From an uncultured bacterium (GTDB taxonomy: Bacteria > Patescibacteriota > Minisyncoccia > UBA6257 > 2-01-FULL-56-20): a stretch of 48,809 nucleotides of DNA. The stretch is from assembly GCA_963844965.1 (NCBI GenBank), contig CAWJQC010000001.1, positions 1 through 48,809 of the forward strand. The letters run 5' to 3'. Within the stretch, counting starts at the first letter, position 1. Every line of letters begins with the position of its first letter. A program made the position numbers and the translations under genes. Positions 1 through 9,040 of the stretch are shown piece after piece. Below the pieces are notes generated by a model. The model ran no database searches. It saw only the letters and a list, made by a program, of their open reading frames with translations, and had not been told where the DNA came from.

Positions 1-644
1 GTGAACTGCATCGTTCAGCTCTACGATCCTCAGAACGGCACGTCATACTATTCGCTTGCGAACGGCAGCAGCAGCGGTTCTATAACCGTTGGTGCGTCCA
101 CGTCCGCGACGTCCACTGCGACCAGTACATTCCCGGTAACCATCAACAGTTTGGCTGTCGCTACGACAACGGCGATTGCGAGCGGTACTACCGCAGCGGT
201 CATAGCTCGGACATCGCCGCCGCCATTAACGCGTCAACCACAGCTCTCGGCGTTACTGCGTCCGCATCAAACAACGTAATTACGTTGGCGCAAAATACGC
301 CGTCAACAAGCAACATCACCGTTACCGGTGGTGCAACGCTCGCTGGTCTGGCGATGACGTATGTGAACATCACTGGTGTTGCTGGAAGCTACCTGTCCTT
401 CAACCTTAACGGCTACACGGTCTCTGCCGGCACATCCAAGAGCTTCAACCTTCGTTTGAACTCAACCGGTGGTACTGTATCTGCTGGCAGCGGCGTCTCG
501 GTTACTTTAGCCGCGACGATCTCTTCCGCCAGCAACATCACCTGGACAGACGCCTTGGATAGCTCAGCTGCTTCTAACCTGAATATCCAGGCAAGCACTA
601 TTCCAGTGTCTATCCAGTCGGTTTCGTACGCGCAGGGAACGTAG
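1..644 (+). CDS. Ser/Thr-rich secreted/surface protein, C-terminal part (5' end outside window); ORFs 1..279 and 285..644 appear to be one gene joined by a frameshift near nt ~200 (frame of 285..644 stays open upstream to nt 3)
   Basis: Low-complexity S/T/A/G-rich translation typical of surface proteins; both reading frames open across the junction; followed by terminator. Confidence 0.4.
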   Translation, partial: ELHRSALRSSERHVILFACERQQQRFYNRWCVHVRDVHCDQYIPGNHQQFGCRYDNGDCERYYRSGHSSDIAAAINASTTALGVTASASNNVITLAQNTPSTSNITVTGGATLAGLAMTYVNITGVAGSYLSFNLNGYTVSAGTSKSFNLRLNSTGGTVSAGSGVSVTLAATISSASNITWTDALDSSAASNLNIQASTIPVSIQSVSYAQGT

Positions 645-691
645 TGATTGTCTGATCGCGAGCAAGTAACTTGAGATTATTTGCGAGCAGC

Positions 692-722
692 AAAACCCCC
701 GCCTTGCGCGGGGGCTTTGCGT
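692..722 (+). terminator. rho-independent terminator (CCCCCGC/GCGGGGG stem, then T-rich)
   Basis: AAAACCCCCGCCTTGCGCGGGGGCTTTGCGTTGC directly after the stop at 644. Confidence 0.6.
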
Positions 723-739
723 TGCTCGCCAACAATCCC

Positions 740-866
740 GTAATTCAATTGTAATTCGGTGGTAATAGTAATTAATAATTCAATGGTAATACGATTGTAA
801 TTCAGTGGTGATTCAATTCAGTGGTAATTCAGTTGTAATTCCATAGTAATTCAGTAGAATTGAGTA
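740..866. repeat. array of about 12 GTAATTC-type heptamers with 3-6 nt spacers, immediately upstream of the four-helix-bundle gene
   Basis: gtaattcaattgtaattcggtggtaat...gtaattcagtggtaattcagttgtaattcc read directly. Confidence 0.8.
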
Positions 867-1229
867 ATGAAACTCGACGATCTTGAAGTTTATAAACTGG
901 CCGGAGAAATTTCCGACGAGTCATGGTTGATTTACGAAAAGTTAAATTGGCGCGACAGGAAAATTATAGGAGATCAGTTTATCCGCGCCGTGGATTCTAT
1001 TGCCGCCAACATAGCTGAGGGCTTCGGCCGTTTTCATTACCTGGACAAAAATAAATTTAACTATAACGCACGCGGTTCGCTATTTGAATCAAAGCACTGG
1101 ACGAGTTCACTCTTTAAAAGGAATTTAATAACCAAGAAACAATTTGATTCCTTGGACCATAAACTTAATAATTTAGCCGTCAAACTAAACAACCTTATCG
1201 TTTCCACGCGGCGTCAATTGAGTAAATAA
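867..1229 (+). CDS. four-helix-bundle protein (TIGR02436-like; '23S rRNA intervening-sequence protein' family)
   Basis: 120 aa; motif IRAVDSIAANIAEGFGRFHYLDKNKFNYNARGSLFESKHW characteristic of this family. Confidence 0.75.
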   Translation: MKLDDLEVYKLAGEISDESWLIYEKLNWRDRKIIGDQFIRAVDSIAANIAEGFGRFHYLDKNKFNYNARGSLFESKHWTSSLFKRNLITKKQFDSLDHKLNNLAVKLNNLIVSTRRQLSK

Positions 1230-1292
1230 TTACCACAGAGTTACTATTACCATTGAATTACTACCGAATTACTACTGAATTACTTTATTACC
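1230..1292. repeat. inverse-orientation heptamer array (GAATTAC units), reverse complement of the 740-866 array
   Basis: ttaccattgaattactaccgaattactactgaattactttattacc; can pair with upstream array to form a long stem enclosing the ORF. Confidence 0.8.
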
Positions 1293-3623
1293 ATGTCCTC
1301 AAAGTCATTGCTTAGAATTATAAAAATTCTTATTTTCGTCGTTGTAATTGGAACGCCGTTTTTTTATGTAAAACAAACCGTTTTCCCCTTCACCATCTCC
1401 AAGATGGCTTTTTTTCAGTCGCTTGTGGAGTTTATATTTTTCCTTTGGCTTGCGCTCGTCCTCCCAAGTTTTGTCGGCAAAAATTTGGGAGGACGAGCGA
1501 TTTCCGACAAAAAATATCGCCCGCGCCGGACGCCGGCCCTTCTGGGTCTCGCGGCGTTTCTTGCCGTTTTGGTTTTCACGGCGGCTCTAGGCCTCGACCC
1601 TTGGCGCAGTTTCTGGTCAACATATGAGCGGACGTTCGGAGTTGTTACTTTTTTGCATTTAGGGGCACTGGCCCTTGTTCTTTCCGCGATTTGGTCGGAA
1701 ATTCCCTGGAAGAAACTTGCTTATTCTTCGATTGTGACCTGCGCGATCGTTGACATCATCGCCGCCTTGCAATTATGGAAGCCGGCCTTATTGCTCAATG
1801 AGGGTGCGATTAACAGAGCCGGCTCCACGTTTGATAATCCGTCGTTTCTGGCCGGTTACGTTTTGTTCCATGTTTTCCTTTGTCTCTATGTTCTATTTAC
1901 TTTGAAGAGAGGAGAGGATCTCCGAGCCGGTGGGCAGCGCTCGTCCAAGAATCTTTGGATAGGCATTGTTCTTTTTGTTATTCTCGTATTGAACGTCGTC
2001 ACCATTTTTATAACGCAGACGCGCGCAGCCATTTTGGCTTTGGTTGCCGGCTTTTTTGTTCTATTTTTGTTCTTTGCCTTTCGGCCGCCAGATAACGAAT
2101 GGCTGCCGGGTTTTTTGAAAAAAAAGTGGTTCTACGCCGCCGTCATCGCGGTCATCGTTTTGGGCGGCGCACTGTTTTGGTTCACGCGCGACAGCGCGGT
2201 TTGGGCGCAAGTTCCCGGACTCGGGAGATTCCGCAATATTTCCCTCACCGGCGGCGACACTTTGCCCAGAGTCATCGCCCTTAGCGCGGCTTGGCGCGGA
2301 TTTTTGGACAAGCCGTTCCTGGGTTGGGGATGGGAGAATTTCAATATTGTGTTCAATAAGTATTACGACCCGCGGTCTTTGGAGTTCAACTATGAAGAAA
2401 CGAGATTTGATAAGCCGCACAATTTTTTCATGGAATATTTGGTTGCCGGAGGCGTTCTCCTCGCGCTCGGATTTTTGGTTATGCTCGGCATTTTGATATA
2501 CGAGGCGCGGCGGCACAAAGAAAAACTTTTTTACCCGCTATTTTTGGCGGCGATTGTCGCCTACTTGGTCCAGAACCTGTTCCTTTTTGACACGCTCGGT
2601 CCGGCACTCATGTTTTTCGCGCTTTTCGGATACATGGACGGTTATTATGCCAAAAGCAGCGAGGAAAGGCCGGAAAAGGAAGCGCAAACACGGATACCGA
2701 CAAAGGTCAGCGGGCTTATGCTTGCGGTGTGCGCGCTTGTCGCTCTGGTTTTTGCGTATCAGTTTAATTTCCTGACCGTTGAGGCGTCTTATTATGAGTG
2801 GCGTGCTTTTAATGATTTTTTCGGAGGGAAACAGCAGAATGCCATAGAGGATTTCAAGACCACTTTGAGTATTTGGAGTCCGTATAGATGGAATTTCGGC
2901 AGGGATTTCGCCGCGAACGTTATAATGGCTTATTTTTACAATCAAGGCGCGGTGTCCGACAACGAGGCGCTTCTCGCTTTGAGCGCTATGGAAGAAGCGC
3001 GGGATGAGCATCCTCTTGATGCTTATAATCACTATGCGCTCGTTGACATGTACAATGAGGTTTCGGACATTGACATCGCAAAATACACGGCTTTAGCGGA
3101 GAAAGAAGCGGCAACGGCGCTCGCTTTGAGCCCGAACCGGCAGGAAGTTTATTTTTCTCTCGCGAAGACGAAACATATCGAGGGCGACGACAAGGCGGCA
3201 CTTGAACTCGCGAAGCGCGCCTTGGATTTGGACCCGAAGGTTCCCGACGCCCATTTCTACTACGGCGTGCTTCTGTTCTCGACTGGAGATCAAGCCGATG
3301 GCTATGCGGAAGTGAAGGAAGCGATCTCTTTGGGAAGAGAGTGGAAAAACTTTTACGAACCGAGAACGATTGCCGGATTTTTCGGCGATTTTGACCCTCC
3401 GAAACATTTGGATGAGGCTATAGACCTTTATAAAACGGCGCTTTCCATGCAACCTGACGATTTGGAAACGCAGATAAAACTCGGAGTTGCCTATTATTTC
3501 AAAAATGACTTTACCGACGCGCGCGATTACTTGAGTAAGGCGGCGACAAGATTCAACTTCAGAAGCAGTCCCGAGTTCGCCGAATTCAAGCCGATTCTGA
3601 ACCAGTTGGGAATAAATTATTAA
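1293..3623 (+). CDS. polytopic membrane protein, O-antigen ligase (Wzy_C)-like N-terminal domain plus C-terminal TPR repeats
   Basis: About 10 predicted TM helices, TQTRAAILALVAG ligase-like motif, C-terminal TPR-like helices (AYNHYALVDMYNE..., ALDLDPKVPDAHFYYGVLL...). Confidence 0.65.
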   Translation: MSSKSLLRIIKILIFVVVIGTPFFYVKQTVFPFTISKMAFFQSLVEFIFFLWLALVLPSFVGKNLGGRAISDKKYRPRRTPALLGLAAFLAVLVFTAALGLDPWRSFWSTYERTFGVVTFLHLGALALVLSAIWSEIPWKKLAYSSIVTCAIVDIIAALQLWKPALLLNEGAINRAGSTFDNPSFLAGYVLFHVFLCLYVLFTLKRGEDLRAGGQRSSKNLWIGIVLFVILVLNVVTIFITQTRAAILALVAGFFVLFLFFAFRPPDNEWLPGFLKKKWFYAAVIAVIVLGGALFWFTRDSAVWAQVPGLGRFRNISLTGGDTLPRVIALSAAWRGFLDKPFLGWGWENFNIVFNKYYDPRSLEFNYEETRFDKPHNFFMEYLVAGGVLLALGFLVMLGILIYEARRHKEKLFYPLFLAAIVAYLVQNLFLFDTLGPALMFFALFGYMDGYYAKSSEERPEKEAQTRIPTKVSGLMLAVCALVALVFAYQFNFLTVEASYYEWRAFNDFFGGKQQNAIEDFKTTLSIWSPYRWNFGRDFAANVIMAYFYNQGAVSDNEALLALSAMEEARDEHPLDAYNHYALVDMYNEVSDIDIAKYTALAEKEAATALALSPNRQEVYFSLAKTKHIEGDDKAALELAKRALDLDPKVPDAHFYYGVLLFSTGDQADGYAEVKEAISLGREWKNFYEPRTIAGFFGDFDPPKHLDEAIDLYKTALSMQPDDLETQIKLGVAYYFKNDFTDARDYLSKAATRFNFRSSPEFAEFKPILNQLGINY

Positions 3624-3781
3624 TCGATTAGCCGGCGGCTGATTGGGTGGTTTCGCCGGAGATTCCCGATTTTGCTATAATAAACATACTTGAAACCAAC
3701 AAAGGTCGACGCGACATAAAGCAAAGCGCGAAGCGCGAACGGCGGATCGATCCGCTTCACGATTTGCTGTAAGCAATTATT

Positions 3782-4057
3782 ATGACAAAAGCAGAATTAG
3801 TGGAGGCCGTGATGAAAGCGGCTGGCATTGAAACCAAGGTGGCCGCCGAGAGGTGCGTTGACACGGTTTTCGACACGATTGTGAAAACCATGAGCCGCGG
3901 CGAGGAAGTCGCCATAACGGGCTTCGGTACTTTTCGGGTTGCCAAGCTCGCCGCTCGCCAAGGAAGGAATCCAAAAACAGGCGAGACGATTCAGATCGCG
4001 GCTTCGGTAAAACCCAAATTCCGCGCCGGCAAGGTTCTGAAAGAAGCTGTTAAATAA
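3782..4057 (+). CDS. hup: HU family DNA-binding protein
   Basis: 91 aa, MTKAELVEAV...GFGTFRVAKLAARQGRNPKTGETIQI, a canonical HU/IHF fold sequence. Confidence 0.9.
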   Translation: MTKAELVEAVMKAAGIETKVAAERCVDTVFDTIVKTMSRGEEVAITGFGTFRVAKLAARQGRNPKTGETIQIAASVKPKFRAGKVLKEAVK

Positions 4058-4151
4058 GATGTTCCCCGGCTTGCGTTCGGCGTCTGCAGTTTCTCGCCTT
4101 TGGAGCACCGGCAAAAAGCAATTCCCCCGATCCAAGTCGGGGGAATTTGTC

Positions 4152-4427
4152 TAGAACCCATCTCAAAAATACTTTCAGGTCGCGTTGCGAGAGATTTTCT
4201 CGTATTCGCAAGGCTTGGCGAGGGAGCTGTGCTTGATGCACTGCGACCGAGCCGTAACGCAGCGGGACGAGAAAATCTCCGCAACCCTTCGGGATGCGGT
4301 AAATCGTGCGCAGCACCGTGTCGCTTCGGACTCGGAGTACCGCAGAGGGTACACCTTCGTCCTTACTCCTTGTTCTGCGCACGATTTGCCAGTATCGCGA
4401 CCGAAGGTATTTTCGAGATGGGTTCTA
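4152..4427. other. 276-nt non-coding element bounded by a 21-bp inverted repeat (TAGAACCCATCTCaAAAATAC / GTATTTTCGAGATGGGTTCTA), in a convergent intergenic region; candidate structured ncRNA or MITE
   Basis: Inverted repeat read directly (20/21 match); internal hairpins (cgagagattttctcg, gagaaaatctc); no convincing ORF. Confidence 0.3.
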
Positions 4428-5219
4428 AGATGATTTACTGATCATTCCTGAGATATCTAGGAGATTCTTGTAGGTTGAGGACAAAAAATCAAGCGAAGAT
4501 TTTATGTGATTAGAAGATTCATCCGGCGGGGCAAATGTGCCGAGATCAGTTTCGGCAGTTTCGTTTTCCTTGAGAGCGCTGCCGAAGTTGACTTGCGCCT
4601 CATTCCAAAGATTTTGTATTTCGTCGTTGTCCACTATCTTCAACAGCGCCATCGTCGCTGAAACTTGATTTATCCTCGTCTGGGCTGATTGGAACAACGC
4701 CTGATTGTTGGCCCAGATAATGAGATTGTTCGCGTTTTGGGCCGCCGGTTTGTAGTTTCCGTCACGCCACTCGCCGATAACTTTGGCGAAATCCTTGCTG
4801 CCTTGAAGCCCAAGATCGTTTATTTTTGATTTCTGGAGCGTCAAGTAATTCTCGGCATTATCAAGCTGGCTCATGAGTTGGCTTTCAAGATGCTGTATGG
4901 CGGGGTCGCTTACAGTTACGCCGCTCAAATCTGTTTTCACGCTAGTGACCTCTTCTATGGCGCAATCCATCGTTTCTCCAAGCAGTTCTTTTCTTACCGC
5001 GAGCTCCTTTTTCATTTCCGTGAGGTAGTCGAGAGAGGAATCGTTCTGAATGGCGGCAAGTTCGTCAAATTTATCTTGGCTCAATGTACATTGCTGAGGG
5101 GCGTCTGCGGCAAGAACGGGCTTGGAGATGATCGCCGCGAAGACCCAAAAAAACATGCCCATCGTTCCGATAATTTTCATGGGCATTTTTCTCGCGATGA
5201 TTTGCGGGAAAATTATCAT
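4425..5219 (-). CDS. secreted hypothetical protein (signal peptide, helical)
   Basis: N-terminal hydrophobic signal MKIIGTMGMFFWVFAAIISKPVLA; last gene of the sigma/anti-sigma operon (4-nt overlap with upstream gene). Confidence 0.5.
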   Translation of the reverse strand: MIIFPQIIARKMPMKIIGTMGMFFWVFAAIISKPVLAADAPQQCTLSQDKFDELAAIQNDSSLDYLTEMKKELAVRKELLGETMDCAIEEVTSVKTDLSGVTVSDPAIQHLESQLMSQLDNAENYLTLQKSKINDLGLQGSKDFAKVIGEWRDGNYKPAAQNANNLIIWANNQALFQSAQTRINQVSATMALLKIVDNDEIQNLWNEAQVNFGSALKENETAETDLGTFAPPDESSNHIKSSLDFLSSTYKNLLDISGMISKSS

Positions 5220-5686
5220 TCGGAAAGTTTTGAAAAAGCTTCGTCAACGGACAGCGAAGTTGAGGTCGCGGCATTGGTGGATGTGGCGTTTGCTGCTGTC
5301 GTAGCTGGAGTCGTTTTGTTGGCGGTTTGGCCGAGTGGCGGGGTGGACTCTGGGGCTTTTGCGCCGGCGGCGCTCACATAGTTCAGATTCATAAGTTGTA
5401 TCTGCATGTCAATGGCGGTGGCTTCGGCTTTGAGCCCAGCCGGGTCAAGGTTGGATATCCGGAGGGGGGTAGTGCCCTTCCAGGACGGGAAGCCGCCGAT
5501 TATAAGGAGTATCAAAATGCCGGCTATCGCGAAGGTTGCCCCAAGTTCAACATTTTTCAGGATCAGGTTCCAGACATTGAGTCTGGCTTCCCGCCTTGCG
5601 CTCAAAATCAAGCCGCGCGACTTTTCAGTGTAGCTTCTGTCCGGTTGGATGTTTTTAAATTTTTTAAGCGTATTTAACGGGTCCAT
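5216..5686 (-). CDS. putative membrane anti-sigma factor (single TM, short cytoplasmic N-terminus)
   Basis: Immediately downstream of the ECF sigma gene, single TM segment ATFAIAGILILLIIGG, S/T/A-rich C-terminus. Confidence 0.4.
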   Translation of the reverse strand: MDPLNTLKKFKNIQPDRSYTEKSRGLILSARREARLNVWNLILKNVELGATFAIAGILILLIIGGFPSWKGTTPLRISNLDPAGLKAEATAIDMQIQLMNLNYVSAAGAKAPESTPPLGQTANKTTPATTAANATSTNAATSTSLSVDEAFSKLSE

Positions 5687-5693
5687 TGAAATT

Positions 5694-6227
5694 TTAAACC
5701 AATATTTTTTTCAGTTCTTTTATTGCTCTGTGCTGCAAGAGTTTCACGGCGCCCTCGCTCTTTTCCAGCGCCGCCGCTGTTTCTTTGAGCGAGATGTCTT
5801 CTACGAATCGCATGATTATAATGTCCTGATATTCTGGTTTCAATCTGGAGACGGCAAGTCGCACTTTCTCCATCTCCATTTTCTCGCCGAGATCTATTTG
5901 CGCTGATGCCGGAGCCACGAAATACTTCGGGTCAACATTTTCCAGGCTCACTTCGCCCTTCTTCGTCCTGTAATAGTCAGCTACTTCGTTCCTCGCTATT
6001 TTATAGAGCCAGCTTGAGAAGGGGAAACCAAGGTTCTTGTAGGCCTCCACGTTCTTCCAGGCCGACATGAAAACCTCATGGGTCAGGTCCTCGGCTTCCT
6101 CACGACGGCCCACTTTAATCAGTACAAACCGGTATATCGCCGGTTGGTAGTAGTCATAAAGGGAGCCGAAAGCCGAGGCCTGCCCCTTGATGGCACTTTT
6201 AATTAACTTTTCTTCGCCATCTAACAT
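5694..6227 (-). CDS. RNA polymerase ECF-type sigma-70 factor
   Basis: Region 2 (YRFVLIKVGRREEAEDLTHEVF) and region 4 (ISLKETAAALEKSEGAVKLLQHRAIKELKK) motifs. Confidence 0.85.
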   Translation of the reverse strand: MLDGEEKLIKSAIKGQASAFGSLYDYYQPAIYRFVLIKVGRREEAEDLTHEVFMSAWKNVEAYKNLGFPFSSWLYKIARNEVADYYRTKKGEVSLENVDPKYFVAPASAQIDLGEKMEMEKVRLAVSRLKPEYQDIIIMRFVEDISLKETAAALEKSEGAVKLLQHRAIKELKKILV

Positions 6228-6446
6228 AGAAAACGGATTACGTAGAGATTGGTTACGGACCTAAAATAGGGGTTTCACCCCTCCATAAATGATGCTCTTT
6301 TTTGGGGGTTTAGTCAAAAAATTGACCGTAGGCGGGGTGGAAATACCCCGGAACAGGGGTCTGGCGGTTTTTTAGAATCGCCGGGTCAAACGGCTTACGG
6401 ATTATACGATTTGAGGTCGGGTAATGGCGTATCGCCTTTTTGGCGG

Positions 6447-7106
6447 TTATTTTTGCGGGGCGGACAGGTAAGGCGGGGGCTTCAGGGTGTTGACGCCCGC
6501 GGAGCCGTCCGGATTTATAATGAATAAGAATTCAAACGGATCTTGCGGGACCGCCGGGATTATATTTTTTTGCACGAGTTCGTCGGTTGAGGTCGGATAC
6601 GCGCCGAAGCGTTCTTTGTACACTTTGGCCGCCGCTTCAAGATAATCAAGATCGTCAAATCGTTCTATGTACGCCGCCGCGCGCTCCTTCGTGGACGGAT
6701 CATTCGTGCTTTGGTAGATTGTTTTCCAGAGATCGCGGACCTTGTCCCGTTCCCTCCTCAGGATGCCGAAATTCATGGCGAAACTTTTGGCGTATGACGG
6801 GATGCCCGGCGTTTGTGCGGCAGACGCGAAATACTGGGCTGCACTCCTCGTGTCCTTAAGCAGAAGATAGTAGTTTATTCCGAGGTAGTAGGGGATGCGC
6901 CAGTCAGGATCGGCGTTGCGCATTCCCGCTTCGCCTATCGTGAAGCTGTAGCTCACGGCGTCCGGGAAATTTTTTTCCGCGTATGGCAGCGTGAGCACCG
7001 AGAAGGCGTATGGATAGCTCAGCTTCGGGTCAACGTTGTTGAGGAACGACAGGTCCGCGATATATTTCGGGCTGCCGTTGAAATAAAGATCAAGTATTTC
7101 CGGCAT
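6447..7106 (-). CDS. hypothetical protein (TPR-like helical)
   Basis: 219-aa ORF, no signal peptide; preceded by the small signal-peptide ORF 7130..7318 in another frame. Confidence 0.5.
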   Translation of the reverse strand: MPEILDLYFNGSPKYIADLSFLNNVDPKLSYPYAFSVLTLPYAEKNFPDAVSYSFTIGEAGMRNADPDWRIPYYLGINYYLLLKDTRSAAQYFASAAQTPGIPSYAKSFAMNFGILRRERDKVRDLWKTIYQSTNDPSTKERAAAYIERFDDLDYLEAAAKVYKERFGAYPTSTDELVQKNIIPAVPQDPFEFLFIINPDGSAGVNTLKPPPYLSAPQK

Positions 7107-7129
7107 GGTGCTTACCCAGAGGAAGGACG

Positions 7130-7318
7130 CTACGGTGGAGTGAAACCCATATCAATGAGCCGGATAATGCCTGGCGTGAACGAAGAAACGGATAACGGGG
7201 ACGAGGGCCCGGCTGACGCGTCGTATCCGTACTGGAGGGCGACAACTCCGCAAAGGAGAACGATTATAATTATGAACTTTCCGGTTGCGCCCAAAGACAT
7301 ACTCAATCGCGTTCCCAT
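7130..7318 (-). CDS. small hypothetical protein with N-terminal signal/TM segment
   Basis: 62 aa, KFIIIIVLLCGVVALQYG hydrophobic segment; may be the displaced N-terminus of the downstream gene. Confidence 0.25.
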   Translation of the reverse strand: MGTRLSMSLGATGKFIIIIVLLCGVVALQYGYDASAGPSSPLSVSSFTPGIIRLIDMGFTPP

Positions 7319-7344
7319 TTATAATGGCCGGTTAAATTTCTTTT

Positions 7345-8097
7345 TTATTGAAGATCCAGATTCGCCATGGAAAGCAGGAAAACGACATATATGGTCGCGT
7401 ACGCCAAAGCCAGCGCCAAAGAGACCGGCGATATTGGAACGTTGTGCACGGCGATGTTCCTGATGTCAAATTTTTCAAGGTTGGGAAGGATATAATATAA
7501 CATTTCAATCAGCCAATACTTAAGTCCGGTAATGCCCATTGCCTTCGCGTCCGTGAGCAGCGCGCTCACGACGTGTCCGACGAAGAACACGCCCGACGTG
7601 AAGACGATGGACAAGAGTGAATTTGAAAAGGTGGAGACGAAGATGGCGAATGCCAGGAACAACGCCATTTCAAGATATTGCATAGAAATGGCGAGAATTC
7701 CCGCTCCGTCAAAGCCGCCGCCGACATAAAGCACGAATCCGAGGTAGGCAATCGTGAGGACGAGCGTCGCCAAGAGAACGACGGCGCACAGGCCGAAAAA
7801 CTTTCCGAGAAGAAATTGCGCGCGGGATACCGGTTTTGAAAGTATGAAATAGACGATTTTTCTGTCCACGTCCTTGAAAAACGATGTTGTGCCGAGAAAC
7901 AGCGCGACAATGGCGTTGAAAAAGTAAATGCCGGCGAGTCCGAAACTTTTTACCATCGGCAGTTCCTTAAAGACCAGATCCCCGAGAAATATCTGGGCTC
8001 CGACGTAAAGCAGTGCGAAAATTATGATGCCGTAGAGGATCTTGTCGCGGATCTCCAGCTTGAAAGTGTTTTTCGCGATGATGAAAATGTTTCTCAT
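7345..8097 (-). CDS. ABC-2 type transporter permease
   Basis: 250 aa, 6 TM helices, overlaps the ATPase gene by 4 nt (ATGA). Confidence 0.7.
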   Translation of the reverse strand: MRNIFIIAKNTFKLEIRDKILYGIIIFALLYVGAQIFLGDLVFKELPMVKSFGLAGIYFFNAIVALFLGTTSFFKDVDRKIVYFILSKPVSRAQFLLGKFFGLCAVVLLATLVLTIAYLGFVLYVGGGFDGAGILAISMQYLEMALFLAFAIFVSTFSNSLLSIVFTSGVFFVGHVVSALLTDAKAMGITGLKYWLIEMLYYILPNLEKFDIRNIAVHNVPISPVSLALALAYATIYVVFLLSMANLDLQ

Positions 8098-8822
8098 GTC
8101 ATCTGTTGCCTTGTTTTCTCGTGCTTTTCCACTGTTTCTGTGAATCGTTCCTCGAGAGGCTTGCCGCCACAGAACTTTTTCACGGAGCCGCCGTAAAGAA
8201 GTTTTCCTCTGTGAATGATGCCCACTTCGTCACAAACCTCCTCCACGTCGTAGAGAATGTGCGTGTTCAGGAATATTTTTTTCCCTTCCTTTTTGAGTTC
8301 CAGCACCACTTTCTTCATTTCGTGGCGGCCCAGGGGATCAAGCCCGTCAAACGGTTCGTCCAAGAAAAGATATTTCGGGTTATTGACCAAGGCCTGCGCG
8401 AAGCCTAAGCGCTGGCGCATGCCCTTGGAATATGTTCTCACCTCGTCGTTTCTCGCATCATAAATGCCGACCCGTCGCAGAAGTTCCTCATAATGCCCCC
8501 GCCGCTCGCGGCCACGGCTTCCGTCAAGTTCATCGCAGAAGCGGATGAATTCCATGCCCGTCATCCGCTCGTAAAAATATGGCGTTTCCGGCATGTAGCC
8601 GGTCTTCTTCTTTGACGCTTCCGTCGCCGCGGGCTCGCCGTCAATTTCTATCTTCCCGCTTGTCGGCGCGAGCAGCCCCACAATCATCTTCATGATCGTG
8701 GTTTTCCCGGCGCCGTTCTGGCCGAGGAACCCGAAAACCGGAACGTCAACGTTCAAGGAGAAATCGTCCACCACCTTCTCGCCTTTTTTGTATGCTTTTG
8801 TGACGTGGGAAATGGTTACCAT
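8094..8822 (-). CDS. ABC transporter ATP-binding protein
   Basis: Walker A GQNGAGKTT, signature YSKGMRQRL, Walker B LFLDEPFDGLD. Confidence 0.9.
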   Translation of the reverse strand: MVTISHVTKAYKKGEKVVDDFSLNVDVPVFGFLGQNGAGKTTIMKMIVGLLAPTSGKIEIDGEPAATEASKKKTGYMPETPYFYERMTGMEFIRFCDELDGSRGRERRGHYEELLRRVGIYDARNDEVRTYSKGMRQRLGFAQALVNNPKYLFLDEPFDGLDPLGRHEMKKVVLELKKEGKKIFLNTHILYDVEEVCDEVGIIHRGKLLYGGSVKKFCGGKPLEERFTETVEKHEKTRQQMT

Positions 8823-8850
8823 GTCCTGAGTTGTATTTTATTCCGCACGG

Positions 8851-8921
8851 AGCGGGATACCGGAATCGAACCGGCGCCATCACCTTGGCAAGGTGACGTA
8901 CTACCACTATACTAATCCCGC
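8851..8921 (-). tRNA. tRNA-Gly (anticodon GCC)
   Basis: Reverse complement GCGGGAT..GTATAGTGGTA..CACCT-TTGCCAA-AGGTG..GGTTCGATTCC..ATCCCGC-T; cloverleaf folds by hand; CCA not encoded. Confidence 0.8.
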
Positions 8922-8924
8922 GAA

Positions 8925-9040
8925 TATCCAGAATCTAGAAATTAGAAAGTAGAGAATAGAATAAAGAAAACCAAGATTGAATTAGTTGACTTTCACCTTC
9001 TACTTTCTAGATTCCATTTTCTATTTTCTTGCTCTTTTCG
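8925..9040. repeat. AT-rich palindromic intergenic element (TAGAAAGTAGA / TCTACTTTCTA; AAATAGAAAATAGAA / TTCTATTTTC family)
   Basis: ctagaaattagaaagtagag ... ccttctactttctagattccattttctattttc; related copy at 28441-28560. Confidence 0.45.

Noticed and set aside
740-1292. 23S rRNA gene context for the four-helix-bundle (IVS protein) gene
   Set aside because: No rRNA-like sequence anywhere in the window. Flanks are a terminator and a protein-coding gene
4152-4427. RNase P RNA, SRP RNA or tmRNA in the hup-downstream structured region
   Set aside because: Conserved P4 (AGGAAAGUCC), SRP (GGAAGCAGCCA-like) and tmRNA acceptor/tag features not found by eye. Left as an unclassified element
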